Shown here in pieces: positions 17,515 through 25,769 of a stretch of DNA of 45,961 bases (the first letter of the stretch is position 1; each line of letters begins with the position of its first letter). The position numbers and the translations under genes are program-made. The DNA is from a virus: IMG/VR virus record IMGVR_UViG_3300045988_049759, one strand, 5' to 3'. The notes beneath the pieces were generated by a model, which was not told where the DNA came from, did not search any database, and worked only from the letters and a program-made list of their open reading frames with translations.

Positions 17515-17706
17515 TAAGTCAACAAGTCAAGTTCAACTTGCTTCTTTATTTCTTTTTAATTTTCTGAATCAATGCCGTTTTGCGTTGAAAATTTCAAAGG
17601 TTTTAGAATAACACTTTGAACTTGACTTATCTTGAATTTCCCTGAATTTACAAGGGTTTTCAAGTTGACTTATGAAGTTGACTTAACTTGAATTTCATCT
17701 TGACTT
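17515..17706. repeat. Array of 6 TTGACTTA/TTGACTTG motifs (both orientations), plus CTTGAATTTC x2 and TACAAGGGTTTTC
   Basis: Copies at 17515-23(-), 17524-31(-), 17622-29(+), 17665-72(+), 17678-85(+) and 17699-706(+). Confidence 0.8.
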
Positions 17707-17720
17707 GAAATCCACAAAGA

Positions 17721-18224
17721 TTATATTGCCTTCCCGCCTGATGATTCTTTTTGAATGGAATATTTAGGATCGGTAAGCAGAGTATCAATGATACCCTTAA
17801 TGTTTCCCCGGACTTCTGCCCGGTCAATTTCATCCAAAGTAGAATAGCTGAAAAGTAATTCGGTTATTTTGCTTCGTTCCTTTTCATTTAGTTCAAGGAA
17901 CTTTGAAAAAGCGTGTAAAGCGTCTGTTCCATACACTTCTTCAATACACTTGGCAAGTTCAACTTCTGAACATATTTGTTCAAGGTTCGCTTCGCTATCC
18001 AGCTTTTTCCATTCTTCTTCCTTGCTGAACCAGCCTGTTACTTCTTCTATGGGTAACTGTAAAACATTGGAAAGTTTTGTTATTCGATCTGCTCTTATAC
18101 TTTCAATGTTGCCGCTTTCCCACCTTTGAACAGTAGCTTCCGCAACACCCACAGCAGCGGCAACTTCCTTCAAGGTTAAGCGTAAATATTTCCGCCTTTC
18201 CTTGATTTTTGTACCCTTGTTCAC
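17721..18224 (-). CDS. cI-like repressor (XRE-family HTH)
   Basis: Motif LTLKEVAAAVGVAEATVQRWESGN. Transcribed divergently from the early operon. GTG start follows AAAGGGGGTGA. Confidence 0.8.
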   Translation of the reverse strand: MNKGTKIKERRKYLRLTLKEVAAAVGVAEATVQRWESGNIESIRADRITKLSNVLQLPIEEVTGWFSKEEEWKKLDSEANLEQICSEVELAKCIEEVYGTDALHAFSKFLELNEKERSKITELLFSYSTLDEIDRAEVRGNIKGIIDTLLTDPKYSIQKESSGGKAI

Positions 18225-18246
18225 GGGATCACCCCCTTTCTATGAT

Positions 18247-18275
18247 ATTATACTACACTTCCCGCAAGTTTTCAA
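18247..18275 (-). promoter_or_regulatory. Candidate repressor promoter TTGAAA-17-TATAAT (- strand)
   Basis: -35 at 18275..18270 and -10 at 18252..18247. Confidence 0.5.
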
Positions 18276-18326
18276 TACGCCAACGAAAGAAAATAAAAAA
18301 TTTTTCAAAAAACTTTTGTAAAGGTA

Positions 18327-18355
18327 TTGACAAACCCGAAACAGGGTGCTATACT
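18327..18355 (+). promoter_or_regulatory. Candidate early rightward promoter TTGACA-17-TATACT
   Basis: Consensus -35, 17-nt spacer and a near-consensus -10. Confidence 0.65.
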
Positions 18356-18426
18356 ATATACAGAACTTACGGAAACGAAAGTTTTCAAGCCGCTGCAACG
18401 GCAAGCATAGAAAGGATGAAGTGATT

Positions 18427-18612
18427 ATGAAGTTTACTTTTGAAGAATGGAAATTCATTCAGCATTGCATTGAATGTGCCGGGAGAGAATTTGAAAAGAT
18501 GATGCTTGACAGCACACCTTCCGACAAAGAAACAAGCTGCTATCAGATTTTCAAGCGGCAGACGGAAAAAGCAAATGCCCTTGTGGAGAAAATCAAGGGT
18601 TCTGAAATTTAA
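18427..18612 (+). CDS. First early gene; small Cys-containing protein (61 aa)
   Basis: ATG follows AGAAAGGA. No HTH recognised. Confidence 0.5.
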   Translation: MKFTFEEWKFIQHCIECAGREFEKMMLDSTPSDKETSCYQIFKRQTEKANALVEKIKGSEI

Positions 18613-18629
18613 GAAAGGCGGCAGCACAG

Positions 18630-19304
18630 ATGAAAGAAACAAGTTTGAAGCCCGTAATTGAAAAACTTGAAAGTTTATTTTCAAAGTTCAACGAAAAGTT
18701 CTATAACAATGAACTTCAAACCCCCGTTATCACGGTAAGCCCGGACACAACAAAGGGTGCTTATGGGTGGTGTACCGCTTGGAAGGCGTGGACGGTTGGC
18801 GAACAGAAGAAGGTTGCAGACCTTTCCACGCTGACAAAAGAGGATTTGGAAGCTATGAAGAAAGATGATGGCTTCTATGAAATCAATATTTGTGCTGAAC
18901 ACCTTGTAAGACCTTTTGAACAGGTTGCGGAAACCCTCTTACATGAAATGGTTCACCTTTACAATCTGCAAATTGGGGTTCAGGACACAAGCAGGGGCGG
19001 CACATACCACAATAAGAAATACAAGGAAGCCGCTGAAAAGCACGGCTTGACCGTTGAAAAGGATGCAAAATACGGGTGGACTAAAACAAGCCTGAATGAT
19101 GAAGCGAAAGCCTTTGTTGACGGTATGCAGGATAAGAAGTTTGAACTTCACAGAAAGAGCCTTCCGAAAATCCCCGGTGCGGCGAAAACCAAACAATCAA
19201 GCCGGAAATATGTTTGCCCTATGTGCGGCTGCATTATCCGGGCAACAAAGGAAGTTCATGTTATTTGCGGTGATTGCAATGTAGAGTTCGAGGAAGAAGC
19301 CTAA
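18630..19304 (+). CDS. SprT-like zinc metallopeptidase-domain protein with a C-terminal zinc ribbon
   Basis: HExxH motif in LLHEMVHLYN. C-terminal CPMCGC...CGDC. Confidence 0.7.
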   Translation: MKETSLKPVIEKLESLFSKFNEKFYNNELQTPVITVSPDTTKGAYGWCTAWKAWTVGEQKKVADLSTLTKEDLEAMKKDDGFYEINICAEHLVRPFEQVAETLLHEMVHLYNLQIGVQDTSRGGTYHNKKYKEAAEKHGLTVEKDAKYGWTKTSLNDEAKAFVDGMQDKKFELHRKSLPKIPGAAKTKQSSRKYVCPMCGCIIRATKEVHVICGDCNVEFEEEA

Positions 19305-19334
19305 ACAGCTTCTTCCCCGGAAAGGGGAATAACA

Positions 19335-20540
19335 ATGGTATATGAAATCTTTGAAGGAAACTTTGAACGCCTTGAAAAAAAGCTAAACCGCATTGGAAAC
19401 AAATGCAAGAAATACGGTTGTGATTTTTGCTTTTCGGTGATCGGTGAAACTTTCCGTGAAGTGATTGACGAAAGCACAAAAGAAAAGCACATTGCCCGCT
19501 TCATTACCGTTGAAGTAAGTGGAACGGCAAAGGTTAATGATTGGGAATTTGTTGCGGAATTGGAACACACTGAAAACGGCAATATTATCCGGGGAACAGG
19601 GATTTATGAAATTCCCGAAAGATACTATACTGGAAAGCCTGTTTGCGAACATTGCAAAAGCAACCGTTTTCGTAAAAATACCTATATTGTGAGAAACAGC
19701 ACAACAGGAGAATTCAAACAGGTTGGTAAAAGTTGCCTGATGGATTTTACAAACGGGTTAAGTGCAGAAGCGGTTGCTTCATATATCGCTTTCTTTGAAG
19801 AAGTAATTCGTGGCGAACAGGTTTTACCCGGTGGCAGCTTTGAACGATATGTTGAGATTACAGAATTTCTTCAATATGTTACTGAAACCGTAAATAAGTT
19901 CGGGTATGTGAAAAAAGCTGATGCTGATTATGGCAATGAATCAACTTGCAGTAGGGCAATTTCTTATATGATGGTTTGCAAAGGTCAAACCCGCTGGATG
20001 CCGAAACAGGAAATTGAAAGACGGTATGCAGAAATGGAAAAGGTTGCTTTTGATGCTAATTCTGATACCGTGAAGAAACAGGTTCAAGAAGCCCTTGAAT
20101 GGCTGAAACAGCAGGACGAAAGCAATAATTACTTCCATAATTTGAAAGTTGCTTGCTATTCTGAATATACCAGCATGAGAAACACCGGAATAATTGCTTC
20201 TTTAATACCCGCCCATTTCAAAGCCCTTGAAACCGAAAAGGAACGGGCTGAACGGGAAGCCCGGAAACAAAAGGAAGCAAGTTCTTCTAAATATGTTGGT
20301 GAAATCGGAAAGCGGATCAGTTTTCAACCCACAGCAATTCAGTGTTTGACTTCGTGGGAAACAATGTACGGAACAACATTTCTTTATAAAATTATAGACA
20401 CTTTCGGAAATGTGTTCACTTGGAAAACGAGTTCTTCTATTAGTGAAAATATTTCCAGCATTACGGGAACAGTCAAAAATCATTCCGTATATAACGGAGT
20501 GAAACAAACTGAACTTACAAGATGCAGGGTTGCCGCTTAA
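19335..20540 (+). CDS. Hypothetical protein (401 aa) with a CxxC...C motif
   Basis: Clean ORF with an SD. Motif CEHCKSNRF...GKSC. Confidence 0.5.
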   Translation: MVYEIFEGNFERLEKKLNRIGNKCKKYGCDFCFSVIGETFREVIDESTKEKHIARFITVEVSGTAKVNDWEFVAELEHTENGNIIRGTGIYEIPERYYTGKPVCEHCKSNRFRKNTYIVRNSTTGEFKQVGKSCLMDFTNGLSAEAVASYIAFFEEVIRGEQVLPGGSFERYVEITEFLQYVTETVNKFGYVKKADADYGNESTCSRAISYMMVCKGQTRWMPKQEIERRYAEMEKVAFDANSDTVKKQVQEALEWLKQQDESNNYFHNLKVACYSEYTSMRNTGIIASLIPAHFKALETEKERAEREARKQKEASSSKYVGEIGKRISFQPTAIQCLTSWETMYGTTFLYKIIDTFGNVFTWKTSSSISENISSITGTVKNHSVYNGVKQTELTRCRVAA

Positions 20541-20572
20541 AAACGGCAACCCACATAGAAAGGACGATGAAC

Positions 20573-20992
20573 ATGAAATACAGATATTTCAGTACACAAC
20601 GCCCGGTTGCACCGGGAACATTCCCTAAAAAGCCGGGATGTGAAATTTCAAATTATCCCCAAAAGATTTATATTGACGGAACGGGTTTTTCAGCATGGGG
20701 GCATATTGATTATGATGAACCCCTGACAGATGCGGAAGTCAATCAGTACGAATTGAAACCCGCAAGATGGGAATTCAGCGTTAGATTCAACCCGGACAAT
20801 GAACAGATGGGAAGAATTCACAAGCTGTTTGTTGAATGGTGTAAATATGTTGCGGAAGATGGCACAAAGCCCTTTGCAGATTATACATTTGAAAAGTTCT
20901 TTGAAGTGATGATGCAATCCGGCAGCTTCCACACCATGAACCGCCACATTGAAAATATGGAGTATGAAAACGGATTGAAAAGAAAGGGGTGA
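20573..20992 (+). CDS. Hypothetical protein
   Basis: MKYRYFSTQRPVAPGTFPKKPG... The start could be ATG 20567 or 20573. Confidence 0.5.
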   Translation: MKYRYFSTQRPVAPGTFPKKPGCEISNYPQKIYIDGTGFSAWGHIDYDEPLTDAEVNQYELKPARWEFSVRFNPDNEQMGRIHKLFVEWCKYVAEDGTKPFADYTFEKFFEVMMQSGSFHTMNRHIENMEYENGLKRKG

Positions 20993-20996
20993 AATC

Positions 20997-21215
20997 ATGG
21001 CATACGATTATTCAAAGTTAGCCGGAAGAATTATTGAAAAATGCGGTACACGAAAAGCCTTCGGTGAAAAAATGGGGTTTTCAGAAGCTACAATTTCAAA
21101 GAAATTGCGTGGTGAAATCCCGTTCAGACAGGCAGAGATTTCAAAAAGCATTGAAATCCTTGAACTGACAACGGATGATATTTTGGAATATTTTTTTACC
21201 GAAAAACTTTCGTAA
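20997..21215 (+). CDS. XRE-family HTH protein (72 aa)
   Basis: Motif RKAFGEKMGFSEATISKKLRGE. Confidence 0.65.
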   Translation: MAYDYSKLAGRIIEKCGTRKAFGEKMGFSEATISKKLRGEIPFRQAEISKSIEILELTTDDILEYFFTEKLS

Positions 21216-21244
21216 ACGAAAGATAGAAAGAGAGGTGAACAGCG

Positions 21245-21436
21245 TTGAAGAAAGTTATTGCAGCGTGTATTGATCGGGTTTTGGAGTTCGACACGCAGAA
21301 TGAAGCGGCAAAGTACCTTGAAACCTTGCGTGATAAGGGCAGCGAATTCAGGATTTTGCACCGTGAGGAAATCGGCGGCAAGTACCGGATCAGAATTCAG
21401 GAACAGTACAACAAAAGCCCCATGATTGAGGGCTAA
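21245..21436 (+). CDS. Small hypothetical protein (63 aa, TTG start)
   Basis: SD GAGAGGTGA is upstream. Confidence 0.4.
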   Translation: MKKVIAACIDRVLEFDTQNEAAKYLETLRDKGSEFRILHREEIGGKYRIRIQEQYNKSPMIEG

Positions 21437-21458
21437 ACAAAGAAAGGATGAAGTGATT

Positions 21459-21872
21459 ATGACATTTGCAGACAAATTGAAAAACCTTATGAAAGAACTG
21501 GATTTGACACAATCCAAACTTTCAGACCTTACCGGGATCGGTAAATCCTCTATCAGTCAATACCTTTCCGGGAAGAACGAACCTTCCAAAGACCGCAAAC
21601 AGGAAATTGCCCGTGCGTTGGGGGTTCAGGATAACTACTTTGAAATGTTTGAACCCGCTGCAACGGTTCAGCATGACGGGGTTGTGAATTTGCCCGTTAC
21701 CCTTGCGGCAAAGCTGATGAAGAAATCCAAAGAATGGGTTATGCAGGGCTTACGGGATGGCGTTTTCCCGTGGGGTTATGCGGTGAAGCTGACAAATTGG
21801 AGTTACTTTATTTCTTCCGTGAAGTTCACCGAATACACGGGAATTGAAGTTCCCTTGAATGAAATTGCCTGA
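21459..21872 (+). CDS. XRE-family HTH protein (137 aa)
   Basis: Motif LTQSKLSDLTGIGKSSISQYLSGKNEP. Confidence 0.65.
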   Translation: MTFADKLKNLMKELDLTQSKLSDLTGIGKSSISQYLSGKNEPSKDRKQEIARALGVQDNYFEMFEPAATVQHDGVVNLPVTLAAKLMKKSKEWVMQGLRDGVFPWGYAVKLTNWSYFISSVKFTEYTGIEVPLNEIA

Positions 21873-21897
21873 TGGCAGAAAGCGAGGATAAACAAAA

Positions 21898-22692
21898 ATG
21901 AGTGAAACAGGAGTTGTTAAAGGGTTCAAGGTGTTCAATCCTGATTGGACTTGTAACCCAAACGGAAAACCGTTTCAGTATGCGGTTGGCGGTACTTATG
22001 AAGAAGATGTGAAACCTATGGTTTGTGATCGGGGCTTCCACTTTTGCGAAAAGGCGGCTGATTGCTTCAATTACTATCAGTTTAACCCGGAAAACAAGGT
22101 TGCGGAAGTGCTTGCATTAGGTGAAGTCGATACAGACGGAACAAAATCTTGCACCAACAAAATTCAGATCGTGCGTGAAATTCCGTGGGCTGAATTGCTT
22201 GAAATCGTGAATACGGGAAAGGGCTGCACCGGACTTTGCAACAGCGGCAACCGGAACAGCGGCAACCGGAACAGCGGCAACCGGAACAGCGGCAACCGGA
22301 ACAGCGGCGATTGGAACAGCGGCGATTGGAACAAGTGCAGCTTTTCCAACGGGTGTTTTAACACCGTAAGCCCGAAAATTTATCTGTTCAACAAGCCTTC
22401 TGAATGGACTTATCAGGATTGGTTGAACAGTGAAGCCCGCTATTTGCTGAATCAGATTCCGGGGGATGTGCTTGAATACATTTACCTTTCGGATATGACG
22501 GATGAAGAAAAGGCAGAACACCCGGAAGCGGAAACCACAGGCGGGTATCTGAAAATTTTGGATAATTCCGAATGTGCGGTTATTTGGTGGCGTGGGCTTT
22601 CTGACCGTCAAAAAGCGGTTATCACAGCAATTCCGAATTTTGACAAGGAAATCTTCAAGCAGATCACCGGGATTGATGTTGATGCAGATTAA
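21898..22692 (+). CDS. Hypothetical protein with an internal NSGNR/NSGDW five-residue repeat
   Basis: 264 aa. Motifs GFHFCEKAADC and (NSGNR)4(NSGDW)2. Confidence 0.6.
   Translation: MSETGVVKGFKVFNPDWTCNPNGKPFQYAVGGTYEEDVKPMVCDRGFHFCEKAADCFNYYQFNPENKVAEVLALGEVDTDGTKSCTNKIQIVREIPWAELLEIVNTGKGCTGLCNSGNRNSGNRNSGNRNSGNRNSGDWNSGDWNKCSFSNGCFNTVSPKIYLFNKPSEWTYQDWLNSEARYLLNQIPGDVLEYIYLSDMTDEEKAEHPEAETTGGYLKILDNSECAVIWWRGLSDRQKAVITAIPNFDKEIFKQITGIDVDAD
22241..22330 (+). repeat. 15-bp tandem repeat x6 (4 x aacagcggcaaccgg, 2 x aacagcggcgattgg)
   Basis: Perfect in-frame tandem copies. Confidence 0.9.
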
Positions 22693-22704
22693 GGGGGTGC
22701 TGAT

Positions 22705-23970
22705 ATGCAGCTATTCCCCCACCAAAGCAAGGCACTTGACGAAACCAAAGATTTCAACCGGGTTGCCTATTACCTTGATATGGGATTAGGGAAAACCTTT
22801 GTAGGTTCGGAAAAAGCAAATTCCTTTCCTGAAAGAATCGTGTTGGTTTGTCAAAAAACAAAAATTGACGATTGGATCAAGCACTTTCGGGAGTATTACC
22901 CCCTTACGGTGTTTGACCTGACCGACAAGCGGCAGCTTGAAGAATTCACGGGAACAATCGGTAAATGTGTAGGGGTTATAAACTATGATTTGGTGTTCAG
23001 GCGTTCATATTTCGCCCATATAGCCGGGTTTACCCTGATGCTTGATGAAAGTTCCATTATCCAAAATGAAGCCGCCAAACGGTCAAAATTTATCCTGAAA
23101 ATGCAGCCCGAAAATGTGATTTTGCTATCCGGCACACCAACAGCCGGGAAGTATGAAAAATTGTGGTCGCAGCTTCGGTTGCTTGGATGGAATATCAGCA
23201 AAGACCTTTTTTACAAGCAGTATGTTGAAACGGAATGGATTGAAGATCACAACAGCGGGTTCAGAATTCCCCATGTGGTAGGTTACAAAAATGTTGACCG
23301 CCTGAAAAAGAAACTTGCTGAACATGGTGCAATTTTTATGAAGTCGGAAGAAGTCTTTGATCTTCCCGAACAAATGATGATTCCAATTCATTCTAAACCA
23401 ACGAAAGAATACCGGAAGTTCATGCGGGATGCGGTTATCACCATTGAAGGGCGTGAATTCATAGGTGATACGATCCTTTCAAAGCGAATTTATTCCCGTA
23501 TGATGTGCAGTTACTTAAACCGGGAACGGGTTGCAGCCTTTAAGGATTTGGTGCAATCAACAGAAGATCGGTTGATTGTGTTTTACAACTTCAATGAAGA
23601 ATTGAATACCATGCAAGCCGCCCTTGCTGAACTGGAACGCCCCTTTTCGGTAGTGAATGGGGAAACAAAAGATTTGACCGCCTATGAGGAACACGGGGAT
23701 TCAATCACCTTCGTTCAGTATCAGGCGGGGGCTATGGGGTTGAATTTGCAGAAGGCAAACAAAATCATTTACTTTTCACTGACAGATAGAAGTGAACTGT
23801 TTGAACAAAGCAAGAAGCGAATTCACAGGATCGGACAGGAAAAACCTTGTTTCTATTACCTGATGATTTGCCCCGGAACAGTTGAAGAAGATATTCTTCA
23901 CACTTTGGAATTACGAAAGGACTATACAGATGAACTATTCAAGAAATATCAAGAAGGCTTCGATTGGTAA
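22705..23970 (+). CDS. SNF2-family helicase/ATPase
   Basis: Motifs LDMGLGKT, MLDESSIIQN, LSGTP, QYQAGAMGLNLQ and RIHRIGQ. Confidence 0.85.
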   Translation: MQLFPHQSKALDETKDFNRVAYYLDMGLGKTFVGSEKANSFPERIVLVCQKTKIDDWIKHFREYYPLTVFDLTDKRQLEEFTGTIGKCVGVINYDLVFRRSYFAHIAGFTLMLDESSIIQNEAAKRSKFILKMQPENVILLSGTPTAGKYEKLWSQLRLLGWNISKDLFYKQYVETEWIEDHNSGFRIPHVVGYKNVDRLKKKLAEHGAIFMKSEEVFDLPEQMMIPIHSKPTKEYRKFMRDAVITIEGREFIGDTILSKRIYSRMMCSYLNRERVAAFKDLVQSTEDRLIVFYNFNEELNTMQAALAELERPFSVVNGETKDLTAYEEHGDSITFVQYQAGAMGLNLQKANKIIYFSLTDRSELFEQSKKRIHRIGQEKPCFYYLMICPGTVEEDILHTLELRKDYTDELFKKYQEGFDW

Positions 23971-24610
23971 GCGTGTTCTGATTTCGTGGGTAGTGGTGGC
24001 AATTATCTTTTCCCTTGTAGGGTTCGGTATTGGGGCAATCTGTTCAAGAAACGGCAATCCTGAAAAATCTGAACCTGACACCCAAAAGGAAGTTCTGATT
24101 TTCGGACAGCCTGACGGGAAAATCTTTGAAGGTGAAATGCCCGGTGAATGGGTGAACGGGGAACGAAAATTTGTACCGCTGAATGTGCCTATGGATGAAG
24201 ATTTGCAGGAATTCATTTTTTACTTATCACAAGCCTATGGAATGGATTTTACCTTTGTGATGGCGTTGATCCAGCGGGAAAGCGGATACAACCCGGATGT
24301 TATCAGCAAAACCAATGATTACGGGCTGATGCAGATCAATGAAATCAATCACCCGTATCTGCAAGAACAGCTTGGAATTACCGATTTTACCGAACCATAC
24401 GGCAATGTTCGAGCGGGAATGTTCATATTGCGGAAGCTGTTTGAAAAGTATGAAACCCCTGAAAAGGTGCTGATGGCGTACAACATGGGCGAAACCGGGG
24501 CTTCCCGGTTGTGGGAACAAGGCATTTTTGAAAGTAACTATTCAAAATCAGTTTTGCAAATTCAGCGGGAATTGAACGCTGAATTGGAAAGGAGTTCAAA
24601 CAATGATTAA
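23930..24610 (+). CDS. Membrane-anchored lytic transglycosylase (SLT domain)
   Basis: N-terminal transmembrane segment VLISWVVVAIIFSLVGFGIGAI. Motifs ALIQRESGYNP and YGLMQIN. Confidence 0.7.
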   Translation: MNYSRNIKKASIGKRVLISWVVVAIIFSLVGFGIGAICSRNGNPEKSEPDTQKEVLIFGQPDGKIFEGEMPGEWVNGERKFVPLNVPMDEDLQEFIFYLSQAYGMDFTFVMALIQRESGYNPDVISKTNDYGLMQINEINHPYLQEQLGITDFTEPYGNVRAGMFILRKLFEKYETPEKVLMAYNMGETGASRLWEQGIFESNYSKSVLQIQRELNAELERSSNND

Positions 24611-25043
24611 GTGTAAACAGGCAATGGAAAGTTCCGCTTGCGGCAAGGTGTGTTGCTGTTTGGAGTGTGAGGAAAGGGAAAGCTGCAAAGATGTATGCAC
24701 CGAACTTTCCCCGGATTGTGAAGATGCTTTCAGCGAGGAAACCGCCCTTGCAACCATGCAGACAGAAGCGGCGGGAATTATCAAGAGCATTGCAGCCTTG
24801 ACCTTGCAGAAGAAGCAGATCGAGGAACAGGAAAAGGCAATGCGGGTTCAGCTTATGGCAGCAATGGAGAAATACGGGGTGAAATCCTTTGAAAATGAGG
24901 ATGTAAAGTTCACCTATGTTGCGGCTACAACCCGAACCACCGTTGACAGCACAAAGTTGAAGAAAGATTTGCCGGATGTCGCTGCAAAGTATTCCAAAAC
25001 AAGCAATGTTTCCGCTTCCGTCAAAATCACGGTGAAGGAGTGA
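24603..25043 (+). CDS. Cys-rich N-terminus with a Gp157-like C-terminal domain
   Basis: N-terminal CGKVCCCLECEERESCKDVC. The C-terminal half resembles siphovirus Gp157-type proteins (weak call). Confidence 0.45.
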   Translation: MIKCKQAMESSACGKVCCCLECEERESCKDVCTELSPDCEDAFSEETALATMQTEAAGIIKSIAALTLQKKQIEEQEKAMRVQLMAAMEKYGVKSFENEDVKFTYVAATTRTTVDSTKLKKDLPDVAAKYSKTSNVSASVKITVKE

Positions 25044-25047
25044 TGTT

Positions 25048-25347
25048 ATGACAAGAGCAGAAAGGGAAGCAAACCCGGAAGAATCTTTTGATGGTGGGTA
25101 TCACCTTTACGCAAAGGAAAAGCACAAAGAACGGGTTGCAAAAAATTCTGATCGAATTGCTTATGCAATCAAGCAGTTTGAATTGAACAACATTGAATTC
25201 ACCTTGAAAAATGAACAAAGCGGGCATTTTCATTGTAGGCGAAAATCTGATGATAAGCTGTTCCAATTTTGGGCGGGAACAGGGAAAATTCTTGGCTATG
25301 ACCGATTGCGGGGAATTCATTCACTTATCAAATTACTTTTAGGGTAG
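25048..25347 (+). CDS. Hypothetical protein (99 aa)
   Basis: Clean ORF in the operon. Confidence 0.45.
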   Translation: MTRAEREANPEESFDGGYHLYAKEKHKERVAKNSDRIAYAIKQFELNNIEFTLKNEQSGHFHCRRKSDDKLFQFWAGTGKILGYDRLRGIHSLIKLLLG

Positions 25348-25355
25348 GTGATGAA

Positions 25356-25769
25356 ATGGCAGAAGAAAAACTATTTGAAGGGCAGATCAAGAAATACTTT
25401 CATTCAGTCGGTATATATCCGGCGGGCTTCCCTTCTGACAGAATGAAGGTTGAAATGGTCGGTTGGTACACCAAAATTTGGGGCGGCGGCTTTCAGAAAT
25501 CCGGTATTCCTGACCTGATATGTTGCGTGAATGGGGTGATGCTTGCGGTAGAAGTAAAGGCTTCCAATGGCAGACCTTCTGAATTGCAAAAGCTGAATAT
25601 CAACCGGATAAACACAAGCGGCGGGATCGGGGTTTTCCTCTACCCGGAAGGGTTTGACGAATTCAAAAATTTAGTGAAAGGGGTGATAGATTGCGGTATT
25701 CACATTCCAGCGTTGATTGCTTTGAAAAATGCAAACGCAAGTTCAAAATGCGTTATCTTCAAGGAATGA
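25356..25769 (+). CDS. VRR-NUC-type nuclease
   Basis: GIPDLICCVNGVMLAVEVKASNGRPSELQ gives the D...ExK pattern. Confidence 0.7.
   Translation: MAEEKLFEGQIKKYFHSVGIYPAGFPSDRMKVEMVGWYTKIWGGGFQKSGIPDLICCVNGVMLAVEVKASNGRPSELQKLNINRINTSGGIGVFLYPEGFDEFKNLVKGVIDCGIHIPALIALKNANASSKCVIFKE

Noticed and set aside
21201-21212. Possible third copy (inverted) of the AAGTTTTCAA operator-like motif
   Set aside because: It contains an extra A (gaaaaacttt), so it is not an exact reverse complement. It lies inside the 3' end of a CDS.
22241-22330. Tandem repeats considered as a CRISPR array
   Set aside because: The 15-bp units are contiguous with no spacers, in frame within a CDS, and there are no cas genes.
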